A stretch of 63,326 nt of DNA, the filler included, from Gonapodya sp. JEL0774 (Eukaryota): NCBI GenBank assembly GCA_027604505.1. It is 22 parts of 22 records of this genome, joined end to end, with 100 filler letters (N's around TTAATTAATTAA, not from the genome) between each part and the next. Parts side by side here need not be neighbours in the genome. Positions count along the whole stretch, not along the records: positions 51,961 to 54,731 come from JADIIX010001692.1; positions 54,832 to 57,596 come from JADIIX010001693.1; positions 57,697 to 60,461 come from JADIIX010001694.1; positions 60,562 to 63,326 come from JADIIX010001695.1; 18 more parts are not named here. One strand, written 5' to 3'. The notes below the pieces were generated by a model. It had not been told where the DNA came from. It did not search any database and saw only the letters and a list, made by a program, of their open reading frames with translations. Shown here piece by piece: positions 51,962 to 63,326 of this stretch; positions within the stretch are counted from its first letter, which is position 1, and each line of letters starts with the position of its first letter. Made by a program: the position numbers and the translations under genes.

Positions 51962-54731
51962 TGGCTATCCCCATCGGCAAACCCCCCCCTTGGGCAATCG
52001 ATTTCGAATATTACAAATGAAAGAAAAGGCTATCGGGTCGGCGGGAAGAAATTCGACCGCGGGATCTTGGTGACGGCGTGGAATGCGGCAGCAATGGGAG
52101 CGAGCCGGGAAATGGGACTGGAGCTTGGCAAACGAGCGGTGGTCCTGGATCTCAACGGGACAATCGTGATTTTTGCATACATCGCCCCATCGGACCCGGA
52201 TCAATTAATCGTGGATTTGGTGCGGGCGGGAGAGAAGTGGGCCGGCGGATTGGGTGCGGCACCTGGCCGGGACGTTCTCATCTGCGGGGACCTCAACGCC
52301 CGCTCCGAGGAACTATCAGGAGATTCGATGACGAACAGGCGGGGGACAATGCTGGAGGAGGCCTTGGACCACTCTGTCCTCTCGGTGGTCAAACCTGTGG
52401 AGGGGAAGTGGACCTCCTTCGGGAGAAGAGGGGGCAAAGGGATCCCGGACATTATTCTCTCTACATTCCCAATCAAGGATATGCGGGTCCATGAACAGGA
52501 ATCTCTTGGGGGCAGTGACCATGCCCCTATTACTTTTTCTATTGACCGGGGACCACCTCTACTGGACAAACACATTAGGAGGTGGAATATCAGGAAATTA
52601 CAACGCCCTCAGGCGAGAAAACGTTACGTCGAGGCGCTGGAGGCGGATTCGGAATTGGGAGAGTTGAAGGCGAGATGTGAAGCTGTGGAGTGGGCACTCA
52701 CCCGTGCCGGTGGCCTGACCGATTGTCAACCACACATCGACAATCTCGCCGCCACACTCTACGATGCCATCAAAAACGCCGCGGAAAAGTCGATCGGATA
52801 TCTGGAGTGGTCGAATCGGATCGCCGAGGATTTCGAAGACGATATACATCTCGCACATGACTTACGTGAGTTGGAAGAGGCAGTGAGGAAGGCCCGGCGG
52901 TCGGCTCTGGAGGACGAGGCGCCATCCGCGTCGCGAAAGTTGCAGGCTGAGGCGGCGAAGAAAGCTGGAACGTATAGGGCGGGTGCGCTGAAAAAGCGCG
53001 CCTCGCTGTTCCAGTCGTATTTCGACGACTTGGCCAGCGAAAACGCGAGCGGATTTCTCCGCGCGGTGAAGGGAATCAAGAAGAGGAGGGACAAAAGTGG
53101 ATGCGCGTTGGACCCGGGGAGGATGGACGATCATTTGGATTATTTCCGGACGACATGGGGTGGGGAACCGACTGGAGCGGAGACGGAAACACCACGCGGA
53201 CCACCCCGCCTCGCCCCTGACCCCGACATCAACGTCCTCGTCAACACCTCGAAGGTCGCGGCGCAGCTGAAGTGGATGCCGAAGGGGAAGGCGTGCGGAC
53301 CGGACGGGATCCCAGCGGAGTTTTACCAAGTCGGAGCGGGAATCCTCCTCCCCCACCTCACAGCCTTTCTCCACGTCGTCGCCACCGTCGGATGCATACC
53401 AACGATATGGAGGGAGGCGTGGGTCGTACCGGTGTGGAAGAAGAAGGGCCAGGCAACGGACATTGCAAACCACCGCCCCATTTCCCTCACCTGCACCCTC
53501 CGGCGCCTCTACGAGCGACTTCTACTCCCCTCGGTCGCGGAGCATCAAGGCCACCTCGCAGACGCTCAGGGGGGATTCCGGCCGCACCGTGGGGTGATGC
53601 AGCAAGTGCTCACACTCCATGAGGCGTGTCTGGAGAACCCGAGAGCGTACACTGCGCTTCTCGACCTCAAGGCAGCGTACGACGTCGTCAACAGAAGACG
53701 ACTATGGAGTCTACTAACTGACCACTACAGTTTTCCCCCCGCAACAGTCCATCGCATGCGAGACCTCTTCGACTTCAACTCATCCCGTCTCCTCATATCC
53801 GGAGTCACTTCAGCACTTCTCCCCAACCTCCGGGGCCTTTTCCAAGGCTCCTCTCTCTCCCCCATCCTCTTCAACTTCTTCATCAACGACCTTGCGCTCG
53901 CCCTCACCGCCATCAAGAACTCGACCGGGGTCACCGTCGCCGGTCAGTTCCTCAACGCCCTCCTCTTTGCGGACGACACCGCCCTCATTGCCCCCACCGC
54001 CGAAGCGCTCGCACGCCTCCTTGGGGTGTGTGAGCAATGGAGTCGTGAGTCGGGGATGACTTTCTCACCCCCGAAATGCTTCGTTTTCGCTCCTCTCCCA
54101 GCATTCCGTTCCACCCCTCTTCAGCTCTATGGTGAAGACCTCCCCTCAATCGAATCCCACCCCTACCTCGGGTTCCCTTTCACTCGTCTCGGTGTCGACT
54201 GGTCCAAACTCTGCGAGGAGCGCTGCGAAAAGGCCAAGCGCGTCATCAAGATGTTCTCTACGGTCGGCATGAACATCACTGGATGGGCACCGCGATCATC
54301 AGCACATGTCTATACAGCATTTATACGACCCGTCATGGAATTCGGCATCGAGCTGAAATATCCGACACCCACCCTCCTCGCTCAGTACCAGAAGGTGCAG
54401 AACATAGCACTTCGGGCCATCTTCAACTGCCCCCCCAACACCTCTATAGACGCAATGCACCGAGTACTCGGCATCCAGAAGTTCGACAAACGGGCCCAAG
54501 AGCTCAATCTTCTCTCCTCTGCACGGTTCCACAACTCGGTCGACGCATCGGTCCTGGGCAACCACGTCTGGCGTCGACGCCTCCAACTCCACCGCCCCGC
54601 TCCTCGCGACTCTCTCCCCCGCGACACGATGATGGGCCGCAACCCTCTACCAGCCGAGTTTCGAGACCGGTACATATCTCACGACAACAACCCCCTCCGT
54701 CGGTCTGTCCCTCCACCTCGCGCTCCGGCAA
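51962..54731 (+). mobile_element. Non-LTR retrotransposon (LINE) ORF2 with APE endonuclease and reverse transcriptase, truncated at both contig ends
   Basis: Intronless frame open across the whole contig; APE motifs WLSP, LICGDLNAR, GSDHAPI; RT motifs KACGPDGIPAEFY, HRPISL, QGGFR, LDLKAAYD, GLFQGSSLSPILFN, LLFADD, YLG. Confidence 0.96.
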
Positions 54732-54839
54732 NNNNNNNNNNNNNNNNNNNNNNNNNNNNNNNNNNNNNNNNNNNNTTAATTAATTAANNNNNNNNNNNNN
54801 NNNNNNNNNNNNNNNNNNNNNNNNNNNNNNNGGAAGACA

Positions 54840-57580
54840 TTAATCGAGCATGCTGTATTCGTCTGGCACATTTGACTGTCGTCCATGTATTTAATACAGA
54901 GGAGTTGTTCCCTTTCTACCAAGCTAGGCATCTCAATAGAACCCAAACGTACGCATCGGCTCGTACGCTGAAAGCATGATATTTTTCGGGTAATTCGATC
55001 AGCCTCTTCCGAATCACATACTCTCCAATCGGCAGGGGATCACTGAAACTCACGCTCTTCCAAGTACTTGATCTCATCGTCGGACAGCTTAACGTCGAGC
55101 GCTCCAATGATGTCGTATAGATACTTCACCTTGGAAATACCTGTGAAGCACATAACGCACCGTTTTGATTTGCATCAACAATCAATTCAGACAACGAGTT
55201 CGATAACTCACCGACAATCGGGCTGTGAACGAATTTCTTGGAATACCTTCGAGAACAAAAACGATAGATGAGGTCAAACCAACTTGTCCGGAAATTGCCC
55301 GCAATGATACTCACATCCAGGCAAGCGCCACCTGACTGGGTGTGACTCCCTTCTTCTCAGCCGTCTCCACTGTCCTGTCGATAATCTTTGTGATTGCCGG
55401 ACTCTTGGGGAACCTTTCCGAAACTTGTTTCTCGCGGATAGTCCCACGGTTCTTCCCAGTGAGAAGACCGGCAGCTGTCATTCAAATGAGTGTTCACATA
55501 TCGTTTACATATAAGGTTGGCTTATGCCATTCTTACCAAGGGGAGACCATGGGATCCTTTTGAGATCAAACAAAGGGTTCAGTACGAAGTCTCGGGAACA
55601 TCCAACTTGGAGACCTTGGAGGCTGCATTCGAAACACTCGACTCACATTCCAACACCCTGAAACATCACCATTGGATTTTATGTCAGAATATCCATCTTT
55701 TGGAGTGGACGAAACCAGACAAGAACTTGCTCACCAAGTCTTGAAGCATCTATGAAGAGCGAGGACCGAGGTGGCGTACTGTGAAACTTGCGCTCAGGGG
55801 GAGGAGAGCGACTTTATGACTCACCGGGATCATCTCACGCTCCTCCTCGCTGGCGTTGGAGCATACGAGAGGGAACATTGTCATGAATGAAGTTGACATT
55901 TTTCTGCCCAATGACGGGTGACTCACCGGTATGTCAGATTATATAGATTTTGCTTGTGTGATTAACAAAGAAATTGGTTTGTTATCACCATCTGCCAGGG
56001 TAAGGTGGGACCATTCCAACCCACCATGCTGACAAACTCCGACCAGCCATTCATCTTGGCGGTGTATTGCGCTTTAGAGAACTGCCAGGCTGCAGTTTGT
56101 TCCAAGTAAAGTGTCATGGACTTCGAAGCGGAACAGAACTTGTGTGTGGATCACTGCAAATATGCAGGATACTCACCATACATGGAGCTCGCACCAATGT
56201 ACCGGACTTTGCCAATCTGTAGAAAAGTGAATGACGACGATCCATAACTCTGCCGTTATTGTGCGTCAAAGGCTTCACACTCCTAGAACTCACTCGCACG
56301 AGATCGTTGAGTGTGGACATGGTTTCCTCAATCGGGCAGTCATAGTCCCAACTTTCGAGGTCCAGAGGAAGCACCCTTTCCGTCAGCCATATAACGATTA
56401 CATAAGCGGCTCGCAGTTAACTCACCGATGGATCTGGTAGAGGTCAATGCTGCATTATTGGGGTGAGAACTGGGATGCCGCTGAAACATGAACGATGACA
56501 AGCACGCACTAGTCCGTGCCTAGATCGTAGCGATGTGAGTGATGGTCGGTTGAAATAATGGGAGCTGAAGGTGACGGTGGCATGAGACTCACCAAGCCTC
56601 TTCAGACTCCCTTCGACTTCCTGCATGATACACTGGATATCATGCAAGGCGTATTTCATGAAGGCAATTATATAAGTAAACTACATAGACTAAAAACCAA
56701 CCTTCCTGCTCAAGCCGGCCCTGTTCTTGTCAATCCAACCTGGTCTCGGTGGCTTTCCGAAGGAACTGTAGCCGGGTTCTGGGAGTCACACCGTAAACAA
56801 AGTGCCGATGAACATTTCGGTCAGGACCATGCCTTCGCGTTGTAATTTCCTCACCATCTGGGTGGGCGGATCCGCGGACCTTGGTGGCGATGACGATTCT
56901 GTCTCGGGGAATGTTGAAGCGCTTGATACTTTCAACGAAGAATAATTGAGTTTCAACTTTCCATCAATACTAAATGAAATTCACTCACGCGTTCCCAGTG
57001 ATTGTCTCGGATACTCCATTGCTGCGTTCAGAAGAGTAACTTTCATCACTAGAGCGAAAAGAGACACGGTTCCGTCGAAATCACCTGTAGACTGTACGCA
57101 CACGTCACAAAGCTTTTATTACTGGCATTTTTGCTTGCAAATTGACATCCTCACTCACCGTTCGCGGTGTCCCAGACTTGACGACAGTGTCATTAATTGA
57201 AAGGATCAGAGTCTGCCAGTCGGAGACCAGAGAGCAGGACTCACAGTTGATACCGAGTTCCCACTTATGGAGTGAAAATCTGTTAGTGGCCCCCCCTTTG
57301 GAATGGAATTTCGCGGACTAATACTCACCGCCTTGCCAATCACAGGTAGAGCTTCCTCCTCCGGAATGACCCATTCCGCCCACTCCTTGATACCGTAAGA
57401 CATCATTCCGAGGCATACTTTGGAAACTTGAAGTCCCGTATTGCCCAAACGGACGCTTCTCGCGGGATGCACAATAGGTACTTTGAATTCGGGGTCTCCG
57501 CGAAAACAGCGTCCCCAGATGGCCGACTCTCACTACTGCATCTTGTCCAATGTAGGCTCGGAAGCCGTATCTGCTGTCAT
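54840..57580 (-). CDS. Aldo-keto reductase (aryl-alcohol dehydrogenase-like), very intron-rich; 3' end approximate
   Basis: Spliced MQYVRLGNTGLQVSKVCLGMMSYG..WELGINFWDTANVYSNGVSE..IVIATK..SLKRLGTDYIDLYQIHRWD..YNLTYREEEREMIP..IPWSPL..GALDVKLSDDEIKYLEEPY. Confidence 0.92.
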
Positions 57581-57696
57581 CGTGATGGATTTTGTTNNNN
57601 NNNNNNNNNNNNNNNNNNNNNNNNNNNNNNNNNNNNNNNNTTAATTAATTAANNNNNNNNNNNNNNNNNNNNNNNNNNNNNNNNNNNNNNNNNNNN

Positions 57697-60461
57697 GACG
57701 ACCCAAGAGCAGGCAAAGATGTGGAATACGAGCCACCTTCTCGCGGTGACCTCTCGTGGCGGGACCGTTCCGCACCGGGTAAGCTTGCACGGAAGGTGGA
57801 CCGAAGCTCAACCAGTGATCTGTCCATCGAAAGTGAGTCGCCTTGGTACAGTGAGATGAGAGACTACGTCATGGGAAGCATGCGAGCGGTGGAATTCGAG
57901 GCTATGAGCCATCCCGTAGCTTGTAAGTGTTTGAGGATTATCATTATCGCACATCATTAGGAAACTCTCCCTTCACAGGTCTCTCCGTCGTTTCTACGTC
58001 CAACCATGACCCTGTTGCGGCACTTCTAAATCTGTTTAATCAAGCTTCACTGCCCTCGATTTACGAAAAGGGTTTCATGGATCCAAACATTCTTCGGTTT
58101 TATATCTTGCTTCATGACGGACATGTCACAAGTGATGCCGAGTGTGTTTCGCAGGTAGCCCGATCAATTCCAGTATCGAACTAAAAAATGCCAACACCTG
58201 CACTCCATTTTCTCCATCCCAGTGCTGCCTCTCTCTTCCTCCACCTGAAGAAATCCTTCGGCCTTCAAGTCCACCTACTCCGCATGAACTCCGTCCCCCC
58301 AACTGCCCGTTCCGGCCCTGTCGCCAACCTCCTTGACCTTGACTCGCCATTACCCGCACCCTCCCCCGCACCAGCACCGCAAGTACCGGACGTTTGGTCA
58401 CCACTTATCCTGTCCCGCCGTCTCCTCGAATCCGTCACAGAAAACGTCACGGACGCCCCATCCCCTCACTCCCTCTCTCCCGGTCGAGCTCGGACACCGT
58501 CGTCCGCCTCCACCACAAGCCCTCGCACATCCCAGTCGGGTGCTCGTCCTTCTATATCGTCCATAACCCGCAGTGCCTCGGCAACCACCCAAAGAGACTC
58601 GATGACGGACGATGGGGTGGCAAAGGGAACAGTCATGAGGGACCCGCTTACAGCGGCTCTTGACAGTGATGACCCGACGGAAGTGATGCATCATCCTCTG
58701 GCCGTGGGAGGATCAGTGGGAGGCAATATGGGTCCAATAGTTACAATCGACAGCGTACAAGGTGGTATTTCTACTCTCGGAAGAGAGGGTACGGATGTAC
58801 CAGTGGTGCGCGGCACTTACGTCTCCAGAGAGGATTTCAAGGCCGTGGAGGATTTCGTACGGGAGTTTGCGGCGCAGAGTGTGGTGCCGTTCATGGAGAG
58901 GACTGTACAAACTTTGAACGAGCAGGTGCGCAATATCTTGCATCCTTTTCACTTGGGGAGCTCAAATATACTGACTTGTCGTGCTCAGGTCGCCAGTTCT
59001 CGCCGCGGTCTCACGGGCAGACTCTTCTCGGCTGGTCGGAAGTACTTTGGTGGCATCGGTGGCTCGCCTTCTCCGCGTCCCGGGACCCCTGGAGTAGGTC
59101 CAGAGAAGAACGAGTTTGGACTGTTCGTGTGAGTTGATGCCAGCCATTATTATCGCGAACCCAACTTGAACATCGTGGCTAACTCATGCTATCTTAGTTA
59201 CCCATTTGCATCTCCAGAATCTCAACTTCGCCGTCTCGCCGATTATGCTTTTATGTTAAGAGACTATCGTTTTGCCTCGTCTCTCTACGACACCGTCAGA
59301 AAAGATTACCGCGACGGCGGGGCTGCTGCTGGTCGTCACTACGCCGCTTGTCAGGAGATGATGGCGGTTTGTGCTTTACTTGAGCCTGGGCTGGGTGGTA
59401 AAATCGACGCATTGATGGAAAGTGCCGTTGGGCATTTTCGGGATGGGCAGGCCATGGCGTATGCGATCAGGGCTGCAGCTGTGGTCAGCGAGGGTTGGAA
59501 AAGCAGAGGAATGTGGAAGGATGCGGCGCTGGGCTGGGTGAAGGTTGTTGGAGGTGACGTGAGTCGAGTCATTTCAATCGTGGCTGAACCTTTCCCATCA
59601 ACTCCTCGCAACGCTCCGCCTTCACAGGATTCCGATCTTCGCGCCGCTCTCTTTCTCGAACAAGCCGCCTACTCGCTTCTTCGTCACCGCCCCGCTCCCA
59701 TGCACCGCAAGTCATCCTTTCACCTTGTTCTTGCTGGTCATCGTTACAACAAGTCTGACCATCGGGAACACGCCGCACGGTGCTACTATTCTGCTCTCAT
59801 GAATTACGATGCGAAAGGCTGGAGCTTGATCGAAGATCATGTCAATTTTACTCTCGGGAAGCAAGCGTACAGATTGGGTGATGGGAAGGGCGCGATGTTG
59901 TTTTTGGCACAAGTTTTGGGGAAGGGACAGGGAGCTGGGCCTGTTGTACAAGAGGGATATTTGAAGGAATTGCTGTTTGTTTACGACGTCAGTACGAGTA
60001 TTCAGCGCTTCTGTGGCCGTGAGCTGTGCTGATCCTGGTCAACCCTGGTGCAGCAATTCGTTGCAGCGAAGCCTGGCGAACCATCTCCACCAATTTCCCT
60101 GCCAACCATCAAAGATTCTACAGTCAACGTCTCGCCGCTCGACCCAGGACGAGATCACGGAGAAACGAGCATCGTGGGTGACGACGTCTGGACAGCAATG
60201 GAACGGGAGTTGGCGGTAAACGGATTTGGAGAATCAGTGGAAAGGGGAAGTGAAAAGAGAGGTACGGGTGGAAGAGGTCGAACAGTTGCAGCTGTTGGAG
60301 GTACGTACTCCTAAATGAGCACTATACCTTACGGAAGATGACTTCACCTCCTCCCATTTACCAGAACCAATTTTCGTAACGCTGGAAGTCTCGAACCCCT
60401 TGCACATTCCGCTTCAAATCAATGACATCACTCTAGATGTTCAGTATTCACCACCACCACA
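57697..60461 (+). CDS. TRS85: TRAPP III subunit Trs85/TRAPPC8, internal fragment
   Basis: EAMSHPVAC; ILRFYILLHD; FVREFAAQSVVPFMER; SSRRGLTGRLFSAGRKYFG; SPESQLRRLADYAFMLRDY; RKSSFHLVLAGHRY; WSLIEDHVNFTLGKQ. Confidence 0.93.
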
Positions 60462-60561
60462 NNNNNNNNNNNNNNNNNNNNNNNNNNNNNNNNNNNNNNN
60501 NNNNNTTAATTAATTAANNNNNNNNNNNNNNNNNNNNNNNNNNNNNNNNNNNNNNNNNNNN

Positions 60562-62920
60562 GGATCTTTTCCATAAAATTGCTTTGTCGAACCTTTGATA
60601 TCCAAAATTCATTCAATCGCGACATGCCAGCACTTTGGTCATAGTCCATCTCTTTCACTTTGCCACTGTCAACAACGAAGCGCACCCCTACCGACATGAT
60701 TTTGATATGCGTTAGTGATTTAATGAACTTTAGCGTATTTAGATCCGGATGAGCTCTTACCATCAACTTTTTAGCGTTGTTAGTTTTGTTGGATTAAATC
60801 TCAGTACACAGCGGAGAAATGCAGCAGAAAAACAACTCACTCGTGACTGATGTCTCGGCTATGTTGGTTGATAGTCTTAAATGAATGGACACACTATTTG
60901 TGATTCATCTCGCAACATCGTGACCATAATCCCCGCTCACATGCATTTTCTCACCCCCTCTGGCGCCTGGGCGAAGACTTTATCCTGATCTCCTACCGAT
61001 AAAGATGAGTGAAGCATCAAGATGATCCAGCGTTTTGTTTGTTGTGCATATGGACGGAGATCCTCCGCGAGCAATGTGATCTCACTGTTTCAAAAAATTC
61101 AGCAAAAAGGTCGTTCACAAATTGCGGAGAACCTCACTTGATACCGCTCAAGAACACAAGTACATCCCCTCTCTCGTGAGCTGGAACGAGCTGGTCAATT
61201 CGATCCAGAATCTTGAGGTATGGTTCAGAACTGAGTTTGGCAGATTTAGCGGCGATGGAGGACGGAACAGACGAGTTTTTTCTTTCATTGTGAAGTCTCT
61301 CGTCAACAAGATGTTTGTCTTCTTCGGCAATTGACATATACTCGACATTGACTGGGTAAAGTCGACCAGGAACCTTCGAGGAGTCACGATGTTGGCTAAG
61401 CAGAAATTATTCCATAAATGAGCATGTAACTCAAACCTCAATCATTGGCGCATTGAAGTACTTGGAGAATAACTCCGCGTTAATAGTGGCGCTCACTGGA
61501 GAAAGCGGGTCGATGTTCTTGGGACAGAATTTCAAGGACCTGTGATGACCTACTGAGTACCAATTTGAGTTCTGGTCGACTTATAAGCAGTCGTTTCAAT
61601 ACACCAAGTAGGAAGTCGCCAGTTATGTGCCGCTCGCTGAACGTGAAAACAACTGGTGGGAACGAGTTTCTCAGATTGTGCAAATCTAATGAACATACTG
61701 GACTTCGTCAACAATTATCACATCATATTGTGAAAGAGTAGGGTCAGACGCATATCTGCGTGGAACAAAAAACGGAGTTTCCGAACGGTGTTGGAATCGC
61801 GCCGCAAATGAGACGTACTGCCTCAACATAACACCTTCAGTGAGAAATAATACTCTCGTGTCTCGTGTTCGCGTTGACGTAAAGCGTACTTGATAAGCGA
61901 TCTCAGAGCCATAAGCGTCCATCGTCTCCCAACTCAATGTCCGACCTGGTTAAGGTTGCCTCTTCACCCAAGGAAAATCGTGAAAAGTTTTCTTACCTGA
62001 CTCTTTTGGCAAGAGAGTAACACGCTATACGACGAGGCTGGGTGCATGCAATGCGGGTGAATCCTGCGAGAGCCAGATCTTGGAGCAGAAAGTATGAAGC
62101 AAAGAATTGGCGTGTCATTCACACCTGCTTTCATAAGATACTGCGGTGCTTTGTTTTTGATTACGTCAGTTTCATTCTCCGGAATGCACCAAACGACTTG
62201 AGCTCACTCTGAGTCGATTTGCCACAACCCGTATCACCTGCAATGAGAACGACTTGATTGTTCCGCACTGCATCAATGATTTTTTCCTCGTACGCTTTCA
62301 TGGGGAGTGCATCTCGCTCCTATCAGACATGTTTTTGTTATATTGGGTGACTTGAAGATGATACTTGAACGGCGGAGCACCTTTTGGATTTTCTCCGCTA
62401 GAGACGCCTTCTTCTTCTCCTTAAAAGTTTCAAACATAATCAGAGCAGCTTGTATGTCCTCAGCCTCTCTTTGCTCAGACTCCTGCTTGGATTTCGGTCT
62501 CTTGTAAGTGCCTTCCCGACGTGATTTGTCCTCCTTCATTTCCCGGAACTTCGCATAGAAATCTTTGAAGTCGTAGTACTGAGTCGTTCCTCTTCTGACG
62601 TTTGACTCTCCCCCTGGCCTGAAAAATCGCCAATCTGCACCGCCAGACCAGACTTCCCGATAGTCGTAGACTGCTTGGGGCGGTGGTTGTGGAGGTCCAT
62701 TCTTCCCAGGATGAGAATCACGATCACGTCCATTTGATGGTGCGCTTGATTCTTCCTTTGACTTGACCTCTTCATATATCTTCGAACCATCCGGAGCGTA
62801 TCTCCATGTTCGGTTGTCATCACGGCGAAGGGACCCGTCGGATCTCGAGCCATGTCCATCGAAGTCTGTGGCGCGATGGTGTTTCTGATCCTGCGTATCA
62901 TTTCTCCGGTGGCCGCTCAT
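60562..62920 (-). CDS. DHX34: DEAH-box RNA helicase DHX34-like, 3' truncated
   Basis: [108 protein letters not shown]. Confidence 0.9.
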
Positions 62921-63046
62921 AAGTACGAATTCGTTGATCCTGGAGAGCGATGGGTGAAAGCAATACAAGAACTCTGTCACTAAATAGCTGATACGTAAAT
63001 GCAATGGTGATTGTAGCCTCACGTTACACCCATAAAGACATTCTGT

Positions 63047-63326
63047 ATGCAGAGCGACACCGCCGTCGACAGGCAAATTCAATTGCTACAAGAAAACTCT
63101 CGTGTGGAGGAATGGGAGGACTTGCTGGACCCACAACCACCGTCGGATTTGGTGACGGATCTTGCTGACAAGAATCCAGCTATTGGAGAATCGAACGGTC
63201 CAAGCGATGATGAGAGCTCTGCGGATAATGAAGATGATTCTCTTCTACTCGATCCTGTTTCTGGAGACTTTGCGCGGCCGATGGTTGATGAAATGGTGCA
63301 GGGATTAGTCCATGACACCAGCGTGA
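63047..63326 (+). CDS. 5' end of a hypothetical acidic protein, divergent from DHX34
   Basis: Frame MQSDTAVDRQIQLLQENSRVEEWEDLLDPQ... is open to the window end (absent from the ORF track because it has no stop). Confidence 0.5.
   Translation, partial: MQSDTAVDRQIQLLQENSRVEEWEDLLDPQPPSDLVTDLADKNPAIGESNGPSDDESSADNEDDSLLLDPVSGDFARPMVDEMVQGLVHDTSV

Noticed and set aside
51962..54731. RT as a retron, DGR, group II intron or defence-associated RT
   Set aside because: The N-terminal APE endonuclease and RT motif pattern are those of an ordinary non-LTR retrotransposon

Overview
This is not a contiguous locus. It is 22 unrelated contigs of about 2.77-2.80 kb, in descending length order, joined by an artificial 100-nt spacer (44 N + TTAATTAATTAA + 44 N), so gene neighbourhood is only meaningful within a contig. 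The DNA is from an intron-rich eukaryote with fungal-type genes (PEX1, FCP1, auxilin/SWA2-like, SAD1/USP39, LEE1-like, URA4, OSM1/FRD-cytochrome b5, TRS85, RAD5/HLTF-like). It also has a flagellar gene (CFAP47-like) and genes retained in animals (FANCJ, DHX34, Tudor-SN, VAMP7), which points to a zoosporic, chytrid-like fungus (inference). Mobile DNA comprises a decayed Ty1/copia element and an apparently intact LINE ORF2. The best second-look items are: (i) a bacterial-type N-acyl-homoserine-lactonase-family metallo-hydrolase with three spliceosomal introns (candidate horizontal transfer and quorum quenching); (ii) a divergent lipoxygenase-like enzyme with a non-canonical metal-ligand set; (iii) a tandem ABM-domain gene whose halves share intron positions; (iv) strong CpG depletion over the CFAP47-like contig; (v) 6-22 nt microexons and frequent AAG splice acceptors. 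No CRISPR array, tRNA or rRNA was found. All family calls come from motif recognition by eye, with no database search. Exon boundaries are my own reconstructions, and coordinates are gene spans including introns.
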